From: an uncultured Verrucomicrobiales bacterium
GTDB taxonomy: Bacteria; Verrucomicrobiota; Verrucomicrobiia; Verrucomicrobiales; DEV007
DNA length: 21,156 nucleotides
Assembly: GCA_938091905.1 (NCBI GenBank)
Contig: CALKOM010000032.1
Location: forward strand, 1-21,156
Reading direction: 5' to 3'
A model generated the notes under the pieces. That model was given only the letters and a program-made list of their open reading frames with translations, had not been told where the DNA came from and did no database searches. Position numbers and translations under genes: made by a program. Below are positions 17,369-21,156 of this stretch, piece after piece (positions within the stretch are counted from its first letter, which is position 1; every line of letters begins with the position of its first letter).

Positions 17369-18265
17369 ATGCCCAAACTCGCCGCATTTCCCAAGGCCTT
17401 CATGGAGCCCCTGTGCAAGACAGGGACAATGGCGGTGTCTGAATGGATCGATCTAGCTTCGGAGCTGCCGTTAGACGGGCTGGAATGGTATGCAGGGTTC
17501 CTCGAGATGAAGGATCGTTCCCAGTGGGAACCCATGCGGGCCCTGGTCGAGGCGAAAGAAATGGTGATTCCGATGGTCTGCTGCTCCCCTGATTTCACCC
17601 ATCCCGAGGCGTCCTATCGCGAGGAGCAGATTGCGAAGGAGAAGGGCTGGATCGACATGGCTGCCACCCTAGGCGCGTCCTACTGCCGTGTGCTCTCGGG
17701 GCAAAGACGGCCTGAGCTGTCGCGCAAAGAGGGCATCGGCTACGCGGCAGAATGCATCAAGGCCTGCCTCCCGTATGCCAAAGAGCGTGGAATCACGTTG
17801 ATCATCGAAAATCACTACAAAGACGATTTCTGGGATTACCCAGAATTTGCCCAGATGATGGATGTCTTCTGTGATCTCGTCGCCGCTGTAGACGATCCTA
17901 GCTTTGGAGTAAACTACGATCCTAGCAATACGATTCTAGCGGGAGAAGATCCTTTGGAATTGCTCTACCGTGTGTCCTCCCGTGTGAAGACGATGCACGC
18001 AAGCGATCGCTACTTGATCGAAGGTACCATCGAAGATCTCCGTCGAGAAGAAGTCGGCGTAGAAGGCTATGCACAGCGCCTGCGCCATGGACAGATTGGG
18101 GAAGGTCTCAATGACTACGACGCGATCTTCAGCGAACTCAAGCGCGTCGGGTTCGATAGCTGGATTAGCATCGAAGATGGGGTGGATGGCATGGATCAGT
18201 TAGCCCGCAGCGCCGAGTTTCTTCGCTCCAAGATGGCGCAGCACTGGCCGGCGGAATCGCATTAG
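17369..18265 (+). CDS. Sugar phosphate isomerase/epimerase, xylose-isomerase-like TIM barrel (AP endonuclease 2 / IolE-like superfamily)
   Basis: Metal-ligand pattern IIENH ... NYDPSN ... MHASD ... WISIED, plus GASYCRVLSG and IGEGLNDY. Confidence 0.85.
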   Translation: MPKLAAFPKAFMEPLCKTGTMAVSEWIDLASELPLDGLEWYAGFLEMKDRSQWEPMRALVEAKEMVIPMVCCSPDFTHPEASYREEQIAKEKGWIDMAATLGASYCRVLSGQRRPELSRKEGIGYAAECIKACLPYAKERGITLIIENHYKDDFWDYPEFAQMMDVFCDLVAAVDDPSFGVNYDPSNTILAGEDPLELLYRVSSRVKTMHASDRYLIEGTIEDLRREEVGVEGYAQRLRHGQIGEGLNDYDAIFSELKRVGFDSWISIEDGVDGMDQLARSAEFLRSKMAQHWPAESH

Positions 18266-18289
18266 CGCCATCCCGAACGTGAGTTCATG

Positions 18290-19180
18290 TCACTTGGGCT
18301 TGGTGACCATCCAAGCCGTGAGCCATTCATGCCCGCTACGCCTGAACTTCCTATCGATCAATCGTTGGTCCAAGTCCAACAAATGACCCGCACCATAAAA
18401 AATCGCGAGATTGCGTTTCCCCGCCGCTATTTGTTCTTCTAACACCCCAATCGCGCGCTCGTTCCTTTCCGTGATGATGACAGAGCCCTCTTCTCCCTCC
18501 ATCAAGGCGAACATCTCATCCGCTTTATCAAACTGTCGTGCCACAATCAGCTTGAGACGATTCGATCGATCCTTGCTAAAGACAGCGCGCATCAATTGCC
18601 ATGGATCTACCTGCTGCCCCCTAGCCTGGCCTTCTTTACCGACCGCTTGAGCACTGACTGCTTTCATGATGAATGTCAGGATAGATTCTCCACGAGCTTT
18701 CTGCCGTTCCTCAAATTCCTCTTTCGTAAAGTCCGCATGCACAAAGTGCGGTGTCGTGTAGTCGATCCCATCGAGTTGGAAATGGAGATTCAAGACGCCA
18801 ACAAGGCTCTGCTGAAACATCCGCAGCATGCTCGGCGACGCTTCCGTCTCTTGGCTGAAAAGCGCTTCCGGATCACCCACAAGTTCGTAAAGAACGGCAT
18901 CATATTCGCTAAAGCGCGCGTTTAACGTTTCGTAGTACACCTTATCGGCGACATGGACCGCGCCAATGAGCGCCACCGTCACCCCTCTGGACGACCGGTA
19001 AGTCGAAATCGCAGTCTGTAGCTCCCCAGTCCGCTCATTCTCAACAAAGCGGATGAAATCAGGTGGAGGACCAGGGTCAACAACGCTCGGTGACCAGAGC
19101 GACCTCGAAGCAAACAGCCCAATGGCCATGCCTCCGATGGCAATGAAGTAAGCTAACTTGTGGGAAAACACCAATGCCAC
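18290..19180 (-). CDS. Membrane-anchored conserved hypothetical protein, TraB/GumN(Tiki)-like
   Basis: GTG start and N-terminal hydrophobic segment, then IGAVH, VLYELV, ERNERA and FYGAGH in the order expected for the TraB/PrgY/GumN metal site. Confidence 0.6.
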   Translation of the reverse strand: MALVFSHKLAYFIAIGGMAIGLFASRSLWSPSVVDPGPPPDFIRFVENERTGELQTAISTYRSSRGVTVALIGAVHVADKVYYETLNARFSEYDAVLYELVGDPEALFSQETEASPSMLRMFQQSLVGVLNLHFQLDGIDYTTPHFVHADFTKEEFEERQKARGESILTFIMKAVSAQAVGKEGQARGQQVDPWQLMRAVFSKDRSNRLKLIVARQFDKADEMFALMEGEEGSVIITERNERAIGVLEEQIAAGKRNLAIFYGAGHLLDLDQRLIDRKFRRSGHEWLTAWMVTKPK

Positions 19181-19288
19181 CCTCGTAGATCCAGGCGCAC
19201 CGCCAAGCGAAACTAGGTCGTCGAGTAAGAATATGATTGCTTGATGTCAAGTTTCCCCGAATTTCGTAATCGTCATTACTGACGCTTC

Positions 19289-20701
19289 ATGGAGAGCCGC
19301 TACGAAATTCGCAAAGAGGTCGGCCAAGGCGGTGTAGGCATAGTCTACGAAGCCTGGGACAAAAAGTTGTCTCGCCAAGTCGCGATCAAGCGGCTTCTCC
19401 CCCTCGACGACGTCGCAGAGAAGGAAGCTCGTGAGAAGAATCAATCGGCTGTGAACGACCTTCTTCGAGAGGCCTCCATCCTCTCGGTCATGCAGCACCC
19501 TAACATCATCTCAGTTTTTGACGCCGGTATGGATGAGAAAGGGGCCTATGTCGTGATGGAACTGATCGATGGCGAGGTGCTGCGTGACGCCGTCGAGCGT
19601 GGCCCCATGGTCGCCGAAGACTTTGTCGAGATCGTTGAGCAATCGATGGATGCTCTCATCTCAGCGCATCATCATGGCCTACTGCATCGCGACATCAAAC
19701 CGCGCAACCTGATGTTTCGCTGGCTGCCAAGTGACAAGTTTCAAGTTAAATTGTTAGACTTTGGGCTAGCAAAGTTCTCTACTAAGCCCGAGAAACAAAC
19801 AAAGGCCTACGAAGATACGATCATGGGATCAAGCGCTTACATGGCTCCAGAGCAATTCGAGCATCAGGAGCTCGATGTGCGAACAGACCTCTATCAGTTA
19901 GGCTGTGTCTTCTACTACACTCTCACTGGTATTCTCCCTTTTGATGGCGACACACCTGCCGATATTATGGAGAGCCATCTTCAGCATCGCGTCACGCCTC
20001 TGAATGAAATGCGCTCGGACTTGGAACCCGCACTCGCAGACTGGGTCATGAGCCTGATCGAACGCCAACCTAACGAACGCCCAACAACGGCCAAGATCGC
20101 CCTACGCACCTTTCGTCACGCACGCAATCCCAACAGTGTCGGAGAAGATAGCAATACGGCTGCCGTCTTCATCGGCGGCACGAGCGAGGAACCCACCACG
20201 CCTCAGTTCATGGCCCCTGGAGAAGAGGACTTGCCTAGCAACGCCGGCAAGAAATGGCTAGCCGCAGCCGTCATTCTCATCGCGTTCGCTATCGGAGGCT
20301 ACGTCATTTCACTCCCTTCGAAAGACCCCGCAACGTCTGCTCCAATCGCCCCAGAAATCCCTCCGACGAACCAATCCGATAGTTCAGCCGAAGCCCCTTC
20401 GGAATTTCCCATTCTGCTTGCCTCAGATCAAGCGGCCATCGCCAGCCATGTCGATCAAATGGCCACGGTGAAAGGCATGATCGAACAAACAGGCCAATCG
20501 AGGTCGGGCACCAACTTTCTTAATTTTAAGGATCCCCACTTCTTTGTGGTTTCGTTTCCTTCAGTCCGACATTTCTTCCGCCTCGATCCCTCCTCCCTGT
20601 ACGACAAGAAAGAGATCGAGATCACAGGCACGATTGTCGCCTACGAGGACCGCTACCAAATCAAGCTAGACCATCCTGATCAAATTAAAGTGATTGAATA
20701 G
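19289..20701 (+). CDS. Membrane Hanks-type Ser/Thr protein kinase with a C-terminal OB-fold-like domain
   Basis: VGQGGVGIVY, VAIKRL, HPNII, HRDIKPRN, DFGLAK, YMAPE and DLYQLG. A TM helix WLAAAVILIAFAIGGYVI (about 20255-20308) is followed by a Pro/Ser linker and a C-terminal domain of about 95 aa. Confidence 0.92.
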   Translation: MESRYEIRKEVGQGGVGIVYEAWDKKLSRQVAIKRLLPLDDVAEKEAREKNQSAVNDLLREASILSVMQHPNIISVFDAGMDEKGAYVVMELIDGEVLRDAVERGPMVAEDFVEIVEQSMDALISAHHHGLLHRDIKPRNLMFRWLPSDKFQVKLLDFGLAKFSTKPEKQTKAYEDTIMGSSAYMAPEQFEHQELDVRTDLYQLGCVFYYTLTGILPFDGDTPADIMESHLQHRVTPLNEMRSDLEPALADWVMSLIERQPNERPTTAKIALRTFRHARNPNSVGEDSNTAAVFIGGTSEEPTTPQFMAPGEEDLPSNAGKKWLAAAVILIAFAIGGYVISLPSKDPATSAPIAPEIPPTNQSDSSAEAPSEFPILLASDQAAIASHVDQMATVKGMIEQTGQSRSGTNFLNFKDPHFFVVSFPSVRHFFRLDPSSLYDKKEIEITGTIVAYEDRYQIKLDHPDQIKVIE

Positions 20702-20739
20702 TGCTTGCACCTTAGTTGCGGGGTTCGATTCTGAAACCT

Positions 20740-21156
20740 ATGGATCTTTGCACGTGTTTCCGCTCGTTCCTGGCGACCTGTCTCCTTTTAGTCAGCGCGT
20801 TTTTGACGCACGCGGAGTCCATCGACTTCAATCGCGACGTCCGCCCCATCCTTTCCGATAGATGTTTCCAATGTCACGGGCCTGACGGCGGCAATCGCAA
20901 AGCGGGCCTCCGCCTGGACACTCGTGAGGGCGCTCTCAAGCTCACCGATAGCGGTCTCGCTGCAATTGCCCCTGAATATCCGGAACAGAGTGAGATTATC
21001 GCTAGGATCTCGTCAGACGATGCGGACGAACTGATGCCACCGCCGGAATCCAAGATCAGTCTCACCCCTGCTGAAAAAGAAACTCTTAAGAAGTGGATTA
21101 AAGAAGGTGCCGCTTATGACGAACACTGGTCATTCCGTCCACTAACTGAAGTAACC
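20740..21156 (+). CDS. Planctomycete cytochrome c (PSCyt1) domain protein, probably the N-terminus of a DUF1549/DUF1553 (PSD1) protein; 3' truncated
   Basis: Hand-translated, absent from the ORF track: MDLCTCFRSFLATCLLLVSAFLTHA-ESIDFNRDVRPILSDRCFQCHGPDGGNRKAGLRLD...LMPPPES...LKKWIKEGAAYDEHWSFRP. It has a signal peptide, CxxCH heme motif, MPP and the HWSF motif, and is open to the window end. Confidence 0.9.
   Translation, partial: MDLCTCFRSFLATCLLLVSAFLTHAESIDFNRDVRPILSDRCFQCHGPDGGNRKAGLRLDTREGALKLTDSGLAAIAPEYPEQSEIIARISSDDADELMPPPESKISLTPAEKETLKKWIKEGAAYDEHWSFRPLTEVT

Noticed and set aside
19222..19251. Perfect TTGACA on the minus strand (19250-19245) within the inverted repeat CTTGA-tg-TCAAG, as a promoter
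   Set aside because: There is no convincing -10 at 16-18 bp (TACTCG at 17). The same problem applies to TTGACA at 4180.
20715..20735. GGGTTCGATTC resembling a tRNA T-loop
   Set aside because: The flanks do not form a T-stem, there is no acceptor, D or anticodon arm, and the intergenic gap is only 38 bp.
1..21156. Mobile elements, CRISPR arrays, defence systems, rRNA or tRNA
   Set aside because: I saw no transposase or integrase, repeat-spacer array, obvious compositional island or RNA-gene consensus.

Overview
Ordinary chromosomal window (roughly mid-50s % GC by eye) from a PVC-superphylum bacterium, most likely Verrucomicrobiota. This lineage call is inferred from the planctomycete-type cytochrome c protein, sulfatase, DUF1080 domain, paired MFS genes, Hanks kinase and mostly SD-less starts. 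Gene order: hisG; a 34-aa basic bS22/AURKAIP1-COX24-type ribosomal protein gene missed by the ORF track; a secreted SGNH hydrolase-DUF1080 fusion; ppk2 (-); a Cys-type sulfatase; xth (-); a four-gene GldA/GldF/GldG-like + DUF4340 ABC operon; a sugar locus (GH97 and two paralogous MFS genes on -, divergent TIM-barrel isomerase on +); a TraB/GumN(Tiki)-like protein (-) divergent from a membrane Ser/Thr kinase with a probable extracytoplasmic OB-fold; and a truncated planctomycete cytochrome c (PSCyt1-type) gene. I saw no mobile element, CRISPR array, rRNA or tRNA. The best leads are a GH97 that appears to lack both canonical catalytic signatures, the kinase/OB-fold plus Tiki-like pair, and the Gld-like ABC system with unusual low-complexity loops. 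All family assignments come from recognising motifs by eye, not from database searches.
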